Origin: Candidatus Helarchaeota archaeon
Lineage (GTDB): Archaea; Asgardarchaeota; Lokiarchaeia; Helarchaeales; RDOG01
Assembly: GCA_019058315.1 (NCBI GenBank)
Contig: JAHPZH010000001.1
Coordinates: 631,536-695,535, forward strand
DNA: 64,000 nucleotides
Direction of reading: 5' to 3'
The notes below the pieces were generated by a model, which searched no databases, was not told the DNA's origin, and worked only from the letters and a program-made list of their open reading frames with translations. Every line of letters starts with the position of its first letter. Position 1 is the stretch's first letter. Positions 38,759 through 48,446 of this stretch are shown here, in pieces. The position numbers were made by a program, and so were the translations under genes.

Positions 38759-39417
38759 GTAAAAATCAGAAAATAACTGGTAAAAAAGTCAAACAAATTA
38801 TAAGATTATGTCAAAGTGCTTTAAAAGGAAAAACTAAATTAGAAGATGCTGATTTATTAAGCTTTCTGCCTACCCTGAGAACCAGGATCCAGAAAGGAAG
38901 TTTTGATTTTACCTCAATAAAAGCTTTTTCCTTAAGTTCGCATGTCTTAGACCTTAAGACAAGAAATTTATTAGGGGAATTCGTTAAAAATGAGGTTAAA
39001 TCTAAAAATAATCTGTTTGAAATACTTGATAATGAAGATTCATTAGAATCGGTTATTTTGTATCCTATTAACAGTTTTAAAGATTTCTTCATAGAAGAAG
39101 ACATTATTAAGGCATATAATGAACTCTTAATATTGCGTAGAAATAGACCTGATTATTCGGTTTTTGGCAAAGAAGGTATATGTGTTCAGAAAGAAAGTGA
39201 ATATGAGGAAGTAGATAGTTTTGAACAAGATAAAATAAATTTTTTCATGAGGCTGAATAAATTAAATAAAAAAGTTATCGATTTTAATTCTTTACAGACT
39301 AATTGGGAAGATGCTGTTATTAATCTCTTATATTTAGTTCACCTCTCACAAGAGGGTAAAATTAATTTGGAACAAAAATTACCTGATAATAAAATCTTTA
39401 TTAGATTAAGAAATTAA
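38755..39417 (+). CDS. scpA: Divergent kleisin ScpA-like protein
   Basis: Overlaps the smc stop; C-terminal winged helix VINLLYLVHLSQEGKINLEQ...IFI typical of kleisins. Confidence 0.72.
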   Translation: MSKNQKITGKKVKQIIRLCQSALKGKTKLEDADLLSFLPTLRTRIQKGSFDFTSIKAFSLSSHVLDLKTRNLLGEFVKNEVKSKNNLFEILDNEDSLESVILYPINSFKDFFIEEDIIKAYNELLILRRNRPDYSVFGKEGICVQKESEYEEVDSFEQDKINFFMRLNKLNKKVIDFNSLQTNWEDAVINLLYLVHLSQEGKINLEQKLPDNKIFIRLRN

Positions 39418-39418
39418 G

Positions 39419-39910
39419 GTGAGAAAATTTAATCATCAAAAAGCTCTTGAGGCTCTATTAATTCTAAGAGGAGAAACAGGAATTTCTGTAAATGATATTT
39501 ATAAAATTACTAAAATTAACGATATTGAATATAGCTTTTATTTATTAAATTTAATTGAAAAATCTTTAAATGATTCTTCCCTTTTTTTAAAATATAACCC
39601 TGCCAAAAAACGGTATTTCTTAGCTCTACCTAATGAATATTATAGTTTTTTATCCGAAAAAGATTTAATAAAATCACCTTTATCAAAAAGTGTTTTAGCT
39701 ACACTTGCCTGCATTATAATAGAATTGGAAGAAGGGGTAGTTACTGTTGAAAAATTAAAACAACTTAGAGGAAAAATGGTAATAAATCATTTAAAATCAT
39801 TGGAAAATGAAGGTTTAATTACAATATCTGAAGAAAATATTCTCCCCACTGATAAATTATTAACAAAAATTAACATAAATCAAGTAATCAAAGGAATAAA
39901 AGAAATATAA
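39419..39910 (+). CDS. scpB: Divergent ScpB-like (kite) protein
   Basis: KALEALL, LSKSVLATLACI and QLRG....HLKSLENEGLI; two winged-helix domains; follows scpA by 1 nt. Confidence 0.75.
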   Translation: MRKFNHQKALEALLILRGETGISVNDIYKITKINDIEYSFYLLNLIEKSLNDSSLFLKYNPAKKRYFLALPNEYYSFLSEKDLIKSPLSKSVLATLACIIIELEEGVVTVEKLKQLRGKMVINHLKSLENEGLITISEENILPTDKLLTKININQVIKGIKEI

Positions 39911-40383
39911 TTCTCTTATATAAAACTTGTGGAGGAGTTTCTCTATATTCTATTGAACGACCTACTATTATTTGATTATCATTAAGAAGTATAGAGAAAA
40001 TTTTTCCTTGGAAATATAAGCAATACTGATTCAAAGTAAACAAATATAACCATATAGATTATAAACATGATCACTAACACACTAATAATTACTCAAATCA
40101 AATTCTTGATTGTTTTTTCGTTCATAAGGGTTAACACTACATAAGTAAAAGATGCTATTTTTCTATCTTTTTGTGTTATATATGCTTTCAAATGACAATC
40201 AATTTTTAAATATTATAGCAATTTATCCAAAATTACGATTTTACATAAATTTGTGTAAGTATCTTTGAGAATTGTACCAGAAAATATTTGAATTGCTGAA
40301 TAAAAAATGAAAATTTATATAGTTAAATACAACTATATAAAAAATTCAAATTTAATAATTGGTAAACATTTTTAGGGATACTT

Positions 40384-42195
40384 ATGAAAAAGCAAACCAC
40401 AGCAATATTATTGATATGTATTATTGCTGGAGCTTCTGGATTTACTTTTGCATACATTTACATGACACAACAAGAAGGAATGGATCTTACATTGTTATTT
40501 TTGGTTATGATACCTCCAAAGATCAATACAGAGCCAGTTGTATTTATCTCTAAATGGGACACAACAAAAACAAGTTCGGGTTCAAGCGCAGTCGATCAGG
40601 TTAAATTGCCTTTGGTATCATTAGGAGATTATGATTTTACGGTTTATTGGGGCGATGGTACTCAAAATACAATTACAGCTTGGAATCAAACCGAAGTAAC
40701 GCACACTTATATTCCGCAAGGTGAGTATACTATTAAAATAAAAGGGAAACTAATCGGTTGGAGATTTAATAATGGGGGAGATCGTTTAAAACTACTTGAA
40801 ATTAGTAGATGGGGTTCCATTCAATTAGGAGATTCAAGCGATTATTTCTACGGATGCAATAACTTGAATCTTACGGCTATTGATAATTTAAATTTAACCG
40901 GGACGAGTAGTCTCCAAAATGCTTTTGGTGCTTGCAATAATCTCGGTAGCACTGGAAATATGAACGGCTGGGACGTCTCCAGCGTCACCGACATGAGCGG
41001 AATGTTCGTTGATGCAGGTTATTTTAATCAAAACATCAGTAGCTGGAATGTCTCTAGCGTCACCGACATGAGTGCGATGTTCTGGGGTACAAGTTCATTT
41101 AATCAAAATATTGGTAGCTGGAATGTCTCCAGCGTTATCGACATGAGCGGGATGTTCTATGGTGCGAGTTCATTCAATCAAGACATTGGTGGCTGGAACG
41201 TCTCCAACGTCATAAACATGGCATCGATGTTCTGTACTGCGAGTTCGTTTAATCAAGACATTGGCAGTTGGGACGTTTCCAGCGTTATTGACATGAACTA
41301 TATGTTCTCTGCTGCGAGTTCATTTGCTCAAGACATCAGTAGTTGGGATGTCTCCAGCGTCACCGACATGAGCGGAATGTTTTTGGGTGCTAGTTGGTTT
41401 AATTCACCTATCGGCGGCTGGAATGTGTCCAGCGTCATAAACATGAATGCAATGTTCCAAGATGCGAGTGTGTTTAATGAAGACATCGGCGGCTGGAATG
41501 TCTCCAGCGTGACAAACATGGGATCGATGTTCCATTATGCGAGTTTTTTTGATCAAGATATTGGCAGTTGGAACGTCTCCAGCGTCACCGACATGAGCGG
41601 GATGTTCTATGGTGCGAGTTCGTTTAATCAAGACATCGGAGGCTGGAATGTCTCCAGCATCATAAACATGGGATCGATGTTTTTTGAAGCATTTTCATTT
41701 AATAAAGACATTGGCGGCTGGAATGTCTCCAGCGTCACAACCATGAATGGGATGTTCTATAATGCAATTTTATTTAATCAAAATATTAGCGGCTGGAATG
41801 TCTCCAGCGTCACAACCATGGCATCGATGTTTGCTTATGCAAGTTCTTTTAATCAATCCATTGGCAGCTGGAATGTCTCTAGCGTCATATTCATGACTGG
41901 GATGTTCAGTCAAGCGACCTCATTTAATCAGAACATCAGTAGTTGGAACATCTCCAGCGTCATAGATATGAGTAATATGTTCAATGGAGTAACTTTATCA
42001 ACAGCAAACTACGATAGTTTACTAATCGGGTGGTCGCAACTACCAGTGCAAAATAATGTACCGTTTCATGCAGGTGGTTCTACATACAGTGCAGCGCCGT
42101 CGCCCGCTGCTACTGGAAGAGAACACCTCACTAACTCCACTAGCTCCATCCCCCCTGGTCATAATTGGCAAATTACTGACGGTGGACCAATATAG
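40384..42195 (+). CDS. BspA/DUF285 repeat surface protein with an N-terminal membrane anchor
   Basis: Hydrophobic N-terminus, PKD-like VYWGDG...HTY domain and 14 repeats [20 protein letters not shown]. Confidence 0.9.
   Translation: MKKQTTAILLICIIAGASGFTFAYIYMTQQEGMDLTLLFLVMIPPKINTEPVVFISKWDTTKTSSGSSAVDQVKLPLVSLGDYDFTVYWGDGTQNTITAWNQTEVTHTYIPQGEYTIKIKGKLIGWRFNNGGDRLKLLEISRWGSIQLGDSSDYFYGCNNLNLTAIDNLNLTGTSSLQNAFGACNNLGSTGNMNGWDVSSVTDMSGMFVDAGYFNQNISSWNVSSVTDMSAMFWGTSSFNQNIGSWNVSSVIDMSGMFYGASSFNQDIGGWNVSNVINMASMFCTASSFNQDIGSWDVSSVIDMNYMFSAASSFAQDISSWDVSSVTDMSGMFLGASWFNSPIGGWNVSSVINMNAMFQDASVFNEDIGGWNVSSVTNMGSMFHYASFFDQDIGSWNVSSVTDMSGMFYGASSFNQDIGGWNVSSIINMGSMFFEAFSFNKDIGGWNVSSVTTMNGMFYNAILFNQNISGWNVSSVTTMASMFAYASSFNQSIGSWNVSSVIFMTGMFSQATSFNQNISSWNISSVIDMSNMFNGVTLSTANYDSLLIGWSQLPVQNNVPFHAGGSTYSAAPSPAATGREHLTNSTSSIPPGHNWQITDGGPI
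40966..41985 (+). repeat. Intragenic 75-bp tandem repeat (14 units)
   Basis: Units such as ggctggaatgtctccagcgtcaccgacatgagcgggatgttc recur at exact 75-bp spacing from 40966 to 41941. Confidence 0.9.
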
Positions 42196-42216
42196 AACGC
42201 TCCAGTTTTAAAACCA

Positions 42217-42239
42217 ATTTTTTTTCTTTTTTTTTTTTT
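42217..42239 (+). terminator. Oligo-T archaeal terminator
   Basis: Long T-tract about 20 nt after the DUF285 gene stop. Confidence 0.5.
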
Positions 42240-42474
42240 AATAATTTAATAATAGTATGAATTGGTTGTAGGTATTAAATAAATTGACTAGAAGACTTTT
42301 TTCTGGAAAAATAACTAAATATATAAAAAATATTAGTTCGTATTTTCATGGATTAAGTTTGATATTTCCCCACATATAAAATTTATAGCATTGGATTATT
42401 CATTAAATTTGATTCCAAATTATTGACAAGAATCAATATAAATGAAATCCTAAAAGGAATTAAAAAAATTAATA

Positions 42475-43407
42475 CTACATATGTAAAAGATGCTTATGTT
42501 TCAATCTTTTTGTGGCAGGATCTTTCAATCTTGCCTTTAATAATTTAATGATTTTTTGTTTATCTTCTTTAATATTACCAGATTCCCAATATTCGTAATT
42601 TGAATGATGGTCGTTATATACTTCACATTCTAGATCGTCATCTAAGTTTTCAATAATGGTCAATTGTTCTTTCAAAATTCCATAGGGTTCTACAATTTCA
42701 AATCTACCTTGATTGCAATCCTCCCATAGTAATGTCGTAGGCAAAATGTTGAGGGTTCTGAATCGAAATATAGTAGGACGCATTTCATTTAAAACCTTTG
42801 CTGTTTCAGTAGCATGTTCTTCAGTGTATTTTTTTCCTCCCAAACCTAATACGATATAAACAGAAATCTTTACACCAGCAGCCATGATCTTTTTTGCTGC
42901 TTTAATCATATTTTCAGGAGTTGTGCCTTTTTGCATCATCTTTAAAATTCGCCTACTGCCACTTTCAAGCCCCATATAGACAATATCAAGACCATGCTCG
43001 TGAATTTGTCGTAGCTCTTCATCACTTTTTCTTAAAATATCTAAATTTTTAGCATAACTACTGATCTGCTTGACATCTGGAAACAATTCTTTAATTTTAT
43101 CCAATACTTTTATTAATAATTCTGTAGGTGCAGAAAGTGCACTACCCCCTGCTAAAAAAACTTTGGAAACATACTCCCCATAAACTCTATGATAATATTC
43201 TAACTCTTTAAAAATTATCTCTAACGGTCGAACTCGATATCTTTGGATAATCTCATTAGTTCTAGTATTAAAATATACGCCGCAAAAACGACATCTTCCC
43301 CACCAGCATCCTTCAGTAATTCCTATTATTAGGGAATAAGCTTCTACTGGAGGTCGAATAAGTACCTTGTTTTCCAAGTCATCTGGGTTTAATCCTAATG
43401 CATGCAT
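42475..43407 (-). CDS. Radical SAM protein
   Basis: RPPVEA, GCWWGRCRFC cluster motif, FLAGG, YMGLESG and NDHHSNY. Confidence 0.9.
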   Translation of the reverse strand: MHALGLNPDDLENKVLIRPPVEAYSLIIGITEGCWWGRCRFCGVYFNTRTNEIIQRYRVRPLEIIFKELEYYHRVYGEYVSKVFLAGGSALSAPTELLIKVLDKIKELFPDVKQISSYAKNLDILRKSDEELRQIHEHGLDIVYMGLESGSRRILKMMQKGTTPENMIKAAKKIMAAGVKISVYIVLGLGGKKYTEEHATETAKVLNEMRPTIFRFRTLNILPTTLLWEDCNQGRFEIVEPYGILKEQLTIIENLDDDLECEVYNDHHSNYEYWESGNIKEDKQKIIKLLKARLKDPATKRLKHKHLLHM

Positions 43408-43620
43408 TTGTAAAGTCCTCTAAAATTCTTACTAAATATAATAATAAATTGAAAATAGAAAAATTTAACCCATGTTAATCATATCTGGTTATAATTTTAC
43501 AACTATCATTATTTTTTATTAAGCTAGAAAATGAAAGATATAGATTTTATTAAAATTTTGAAATTTTTTTTCTAATTTATTTATCCATTTCGAAATTGCT
43601 TTTATACAATACTTTTCTTT

Positions 43621-46425
43621 TTATAAATCTCCGACCCATTGGAATTGTGTATTAATATATTTATATACATGATAAGTATTTGCAAACGGTTTTTCTAGTA
43701 AAAGTCCAATTTCAGCTTTTCCATCGTCATCAAAATCTCCTGCTACCATTTTTATTGCTGGATTTCCTAATTTTTTCCTTGATAAAGTCTTCCATTTTTT
43801 CCATTGACGTTTTTTTGGATTCCATTTAAGAAAATGAACTTCATCTGTTTGGTTATTCGAGTTAAAATAAGCAAGTTCATCTTTACCATCTCCATTAAAG
43901 TCTCCCGATACTATTTTATCAGGTTCACCATCCCACTGCCATTCAGAATAAATTTTTAAGTATCCATGTTGACTTTCTGAAGTGGGAAAAGGTTCAGCGA
44001 AGTCTAAAACTATAATTCGTTTTTCAGGGCTATTATAAATATAAACTACTTCATCTGTTCCATCACCATCAATGTCTGCTATAATTATTTTACGTGTATA
44101 CGGAATGGGAATATGAGTTGTACCCCATCTATCAATTTGTTGTGGTTGCCAACTTGTTCCTAAATATCTTTGTAAAGAACAAAAAGTATGATTTTCAACT
44201 CTCTTCACGATTTTCCTATTATTTATCTTTATTCCAAGTTTTACACGTATAACGGCAGTTACAAGGATTAAATCACAGTTTAAGTCATTTCTATGAATTT
44301 TCTTAAGTATAGATTTAAGAACTTTAGTTTTACATATCACTAATTTACCACGCTCAATTAACTGATAGTCGGCAAGCTCAGGTGAATACATCGGTGGACC
44401 GAAACGCTCCCATTTATTCTCTGCGATATTGAACTTTGCCATATCAATACAATTTTGTCTGCTTGCTATAAGTTCTATTACTCCATCTCCATCTATATCT
44501 GCACCAAAGACTTGTTCAAATCGAATAGTTTTCGGATCCCAAACAAAAGCTGATTCTTCGGAGTCTTGGACAAGTCCCATTTTGAACCATTTTTTTTGAG
44601 TTAAGTCGTAATAAATAATTGTAAAATGATGATTTCTTAATCCTGCTTGTTGAACAGCAATTTCATCACAACCATTACCATTAAAATCACCAATTATCAG
44701 ACCTTTCCCATGTGGAATAATACCTGCTTCTATATCTGTATTCCACAAACTTTTAGTGACCCAATGTCCCCAATAAATACCTTCATTGTCAGTTCGTAGA
44801 ACTAAACACCAAAATGAAGGTATGTCAAGTATTTCAATTAAAGTATATAATGGATATCCATCATCAAACCTTATAGACCTTACTCGACCAGCTGGATGAA
44901 AACCTTTATGTGCTTGTTTTACGGCGGCAAATGCATCGAGAAAACCATAACCAAACAATAGACTATGACCATCCTCATCAGCAGTTATTTCGTATTTAGG
45001 AGAACGACGAGCTGTTCTTCGGATAATTTCTGCAATTTCTCTAGAAGAATAATTGCCTTGTTTCAGAATAAGCGCAGCTGTGCCAGATACTATGGCAGCA
45101 GCGACAGAAGTACCCCCATGACCATAACGGACTTCGGTAGTTGGGTTACCCTCTTTGTCTATAACACTCCATGCCCCATCTGGAACAGAAATATCAAGAC
45201 CAATCCCAATTTTACCAATAGGTTCTTCTAAATCTCGATTAGCAAGTCCAACAGCAAAAGTTGTTGGATTTCGGGCGATAGGTGTAATAGGTCGTTCTCC
45301 TGATGGACAATTTCCTGAGCTAACCGACCAAAAAACCCCTTTATTAATGTGAGAATACCAATTCATCCAATTAAACCAGCCACGCACATCCCTACTCTCT
45401 AACACTTCGTCAAAAGGAGGATGAAATGAATAATTTACTATACGCACCTTAGATTCGACTATTTGAACAAAAATATCAATCCAAGTTTTTCTCCCTAAGA
45501 CAAAATCAGTTTCTCCATCAATGATAATACTTCCAGTTAAACGCATAGGTGTAATACTCGTTCCTGAGCTGACACCATGAGGATATCCACTATTACTAGT
45601 TTCTTTGTTGCCGATTACACTACTCAACTCTGTTCCATGAGTATTATCATCTGGTGGATTCATTGGATCATTATCTCTCCTAACACTATCATATGCATAA
45701 TCAAAAGAAAAATTAATTTCAGGATGATTAAAGAAACCTTGGTCAATTACTATAACGCCATGTCCAGATGTTCCAAACTCCCAAGCTCTTTCAACATAAC
45801 TAAGTTGAAATATAGGAGTAGAAGGACCATCAGGATGAATACAGTCTGAAAGCATGGTTGTAAATTGTGACCCCGAATCTTTGGACGGTCTTTGGAGAAG
45901 ACAGTGGAAGTCTGGAGTAGCACACAATATTTCATCTTTATCCTTAAATGCTTTTGCGATTTTTAGTGATTTGTATTCTTCCCCTATAGGCATTCTAATT
46001 TGGAAAATAGGTAATTTCGGATATTTTTTAACAATCTTACCTTTAAATTTCTCTATTATTGAATGACATTTATCTTCAGTAATTTCTTGTCTAAAAAGTA
46101 AAAAGATATCACCAGTTGGAAAAATCAATGGATGAGAAAAATTTCCCGTTGGAGAATAAGCTTGAAGCGAATTCATTATAAGTCTTTGATTTTTCAATTC
46201 CTCAATAAATTTTAGATTTTTACCTCCTCTTAATATATCATTTTTCGATTTTGATAAATTTTTTGAATGTAAAATCAAAATCTTTTTTTCTGGGATTTCA
46301 ATCATTTTTACCCCATTTGGTTCAAATTTCTGATAAATTTCTCTTACTTTTTTAAATTTTTCGTCACTATCTAATTGACAGAGAATAATTTCTTTAACCT
46401 GGCGAAATTCAAAAAAATTATCCAT
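43621..46425 (-). CDS. S8 subtilisin-like serine protease with C-terminal FG-GAP repeats
   Basis: Triad VIDQG / HGT / GGTSVAA, oxyanion SSGN and repeated GDFNGDGKDEL-type motifs. Confidence 0.88.
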   Translation of the reverse strand: MDNFFEFRQVKEIILCQLDSDEKFKKVREIYQKFEPNGVKMIEIPEKKILILHSKNLSKSKNDILRGGKNLKFIEELKNQRLIMNSLQAYSPTGNFSHPLIFPTGDIFLLFRQEITEDKCHSIIEKFKGKIVKKYPKLPIFQIRMPIGEEYKSLKIAKAFKDKDEILCATPDFHCLLQRPSKDSGSQFTTMLSDCIHPDGPSTPIFQLSYVERAWEFGTSGHGVIVIDQGFFNHPEINFSFDYAYDSVRRDNDPMNPPDDNTHGTELSSVIGNKETSNSGYPHGVSSGTSITPMRLTGSIIIDGETDFVLGRKTWIDIFVQIVESKVRIVNYSFHPPFDEVLESRDVRGWFNWMNWYSHINKGVFWSVSSGNCPSGERPITPIARNPTTFAVGLANRDLEEPIGKIGIGLDISVPDGAWSVIDKEGNPTTEVRYGHGGTSVAAAIVSGTAALILKQGNYSSREIAEIIRRTARRSPKYEITADEDGHSLLFGYGFLDAFAAVKQAHKGFHPAGRVRSIRFDDGYPLYTLIEILDIPSFWCLVLRTDNEGIYWGHWVTKSLWNTDIEAGIIPHGKGLIIGDFNGNGCDEIAVQQAGLRNHHFTIIYYDLTQKKWFKMGLVQDSEESAFVWDPKTIRFEQVFGADIDGDGVIELIASRQNCIDMAKFNIAENKWERFGPPMYSPELADYQLIERGKLVICKTKVLKSILKKIHRNDLNCDLILVTAVIRVKLGIKINNRKIVKRVENHTFCSLQRYLGTSWQPQQIDRWGTTHIPIPYTRKIIIADIDGDGTDEVVYIYNSPEKRIIVLDFAEPFPTSESQHGYLKIYSEWQWDGEPDKIVSGDFNGDGKDELAYFNSNNQTDEVHFLKWNPKKRQWKKWKTLSRKKLGNPAIKMVAGDFDDDGKAEIGLLLEKPFANTYHVYKYINTQFQWVGDL

Positions 46426-46670
46426 ATTTTTACCTCCTGCGATTCTATTACTAATCCATGATGATTATAAATCGCTAATTATTTTAAAATTAATATAAAT
46501 TTTTATAAATAGTTTAAACCTTTTGAATTTATAAGACAATTTTTGCATAAGATACTAGTTTGGAGAAAATTCTAAATGAAATTTCAAATATTAATTAAGA
46601 TAACACAAGGAAATACATAGGATTAGAAGTAATATTATAATGAATTGAAAAAAGCAAAAGTCAAGCTAAT

Positions 46671-47354
46671 CTATTTTTCTTTATTAAGGCTTTCAACATA
46701 TTTTTTATATTGAGATGAAAAAGAAGTATGCATATTAAAAGCTTGACTTACTATGTTTTTACTATCTTTACTAAGAAGAAAAGCAATCCAATTTAATATG
46801 TGGTTTTTACGAGAGTAACTTTCATTATGTCGCTCCATAACATTCTCAATAACTGCCACTGTCGCTACAACCGAACCACTTACGGCCTCTAGATAATTTT
46901 TCGCAGTTTTAGGATTGTATAGAAATAAAAATCCTGCATAGGGCACATTATATGGACCCACTTTATCTGCTTGATATGTATTATTTTTTATAAGGAAAAA
47001 TGTTGGGGAGAATATTATTTTTGAAGTATCACCATGGTAATAAGGAAATATTAACTCCTTATCATCGTTTACTTCAACAATCCAACTGGAATATATCGAT
47101 CTTCTCCCTAGCTGGATTATATTGGTTAGTGGAACCTCCAATTCCTCTCCTAACAATCCAGTTTTTTTTCTAACTGAAATCAATTCAAAATCTTTTTTAT
47201 CTTTCTTTTCATCCTGTAAAACTAATAAAACAGGTCCTGCTTTTTTATATAACAGCTTTTTCGCAATTGCATGGTCTTTAAGACCTGGAGGGATATAACC
47301 CGTTTGTTCAATGATTTTTTTTAATTGCCTTTTTTCTTCTTCTCCAAGCTCCAT
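46671..47354 (-). CDS. Hypothetical protein
   Basis: Soluble ORF 10 nt downstream of the RAD55-like gene. Confidence 0.6.
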   Translation of the reverse strand: MELGEEEKRQLKKIIEQTGYIPPGLKDHAIAKKLLYKKAGPVLLVLQDEKKDKKDFELISVRKKTGLLGEELEVPLTNIIQLGRRSIYSSWIVEVNDDKELIFPYYHGDTSKIIFSPTFFLIKNNTYQADKVGPYNVPYAGFLFLYNPKTAKNYLEAVSGSVVATVAVIENVMERHNESYSRKNHILNWIAFLLSKDSKNIVSQAFNMHTSFSSQYKKYVESLNKEK

Positions 47355-47364
47355 ATTATCACAT

Positions 47365-48273
47365 TTATTCTACTTTAATCTTTTTTTTTGATTTCTTTTT
47401 ATCTTTCTTATCTGGCTTTATAACATCTATTCCATCCAAAATATCATCAAAAGATTCAGTAATAACCTTTATCATTTTCTCAGGAACTATTAAACCTTCT
47501 TCCCTTTTAATTTTACAAGTCAACCAAATGTTACGTGACTCAGTTCCTGATAATTTACGCACTCTGAATTGTTTTATAAGTAATCCTCTTTTCATTAAAG
47601 ACGGTTCAAATCGAAAATCAATAACACCATCTGCAAAATAATTTAGAAGGCTGGAAAATATCTCGAGCTGGGGTATTCCAATATTATTTACAGCGAAAAT
47701 TTGTATTAATAGCTCTTTACATAATCTCGCACGGAGAGTTTTAATGAATTCAAGAGCCCTTTCTTGGGTATGTAATGTAGCTAATTCAGTTAATGAATCA
47801 ATAACAAGAAGACCTTGATCTGCGATATCTAATTTATTTAAAAGTGAGGAAATTGTGCTTAAAGTATTATATAAATTCTCTTTAGGCTCACATGGAATAA
47901 TATCATCTTCTACTTCCTTCCATACTTTCTCGTTTATCATATGCATTTTGAGAACAGGGCTTCCTTTATCTATCATTCTATAACTGAAGCAATCGATAAA
48001 TTTTAATTTGTTTTGTTTTAAAAATGGGATTAGATCCCAACCTAGAGGATAAAATCTCTGAATAATTGATAGTGGGGAATCATCTAGTGCTAAATATATT
48101 ACAGGCTCGCCCGCAACTAATCTCCTATAAACAATCTCACATAAAAAAGCTCCCTTGCCTGTGCCAGGTTCTCCATTAATCAAAACGAACGAATTTCTAG
48201 GTATTCCTTCGGGTATAATTATATCAACAAATTCATTACCCGTCTTTACTAGTTGTATAAAGGAAGTTGACAT
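47365..48273 (-). CDS. RAD55/KaiC-like RecA-superfamily ATPase (single domain)
   Basis: KTG, GIP, GEPGTGK, FIDCFS, VIDSLTE, ADGVI and VRKLSG motifs. Confidence 0.88.
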   Translation of the reverse strand: MSTSFIQLVKTGNEFVDIIIPEGIPRNSFVLINGEPGTGKGAFLCEIVYRRLVAGEPVIYLALDDSPLSIIQRFYPLGWDLIPFLKQNKLKFIDCFSYRMIDKGSPVLKMHMINEKVWKEVEDDIIPCEPKENLYNTLSTISSLLNKLDIADQGLLVIDSLTELATLHTQERALEFIKTLRARLCKELLIQIFAVNNIGIPQLEIFSSLLNYFADGVIDFRFEPSLMKRGLLIKQFRVRKLSGTESRNIWLTCKIKREEGLIVPEKMIKVITESFDDILDGIDVIKPDKKDKKKSKKKIKVE

Positions 48274-48446
48274 TTTTAATCCCAGATTTAAACTACTAAT
48301 TAAATAATAATCAAACTTTTAATATTTTTGTGTGGAGATAAACAACATAAACAAGGTTAAATGAAGTGATTGAAATTAATAATCTAATATACTTATGAGA
48401 ATTTATTTAATTGAAATGAATAAATTATATTGTTAACCAACAGGAA

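Noticed and set aside
35186-39910. Wadjet (JetABCD) or Rad50/SbcC system
   Set aside because: The protein has a true SMC hinge rather than a zinc hook, and there is no JetD or Mre11 gene adjacent.
40966-41985. Regular DNA repeats as a possible CRISPR array
   Set aside because: The 75-bp in-frame coding repeats have no unique spacers, and no cas genes are present.
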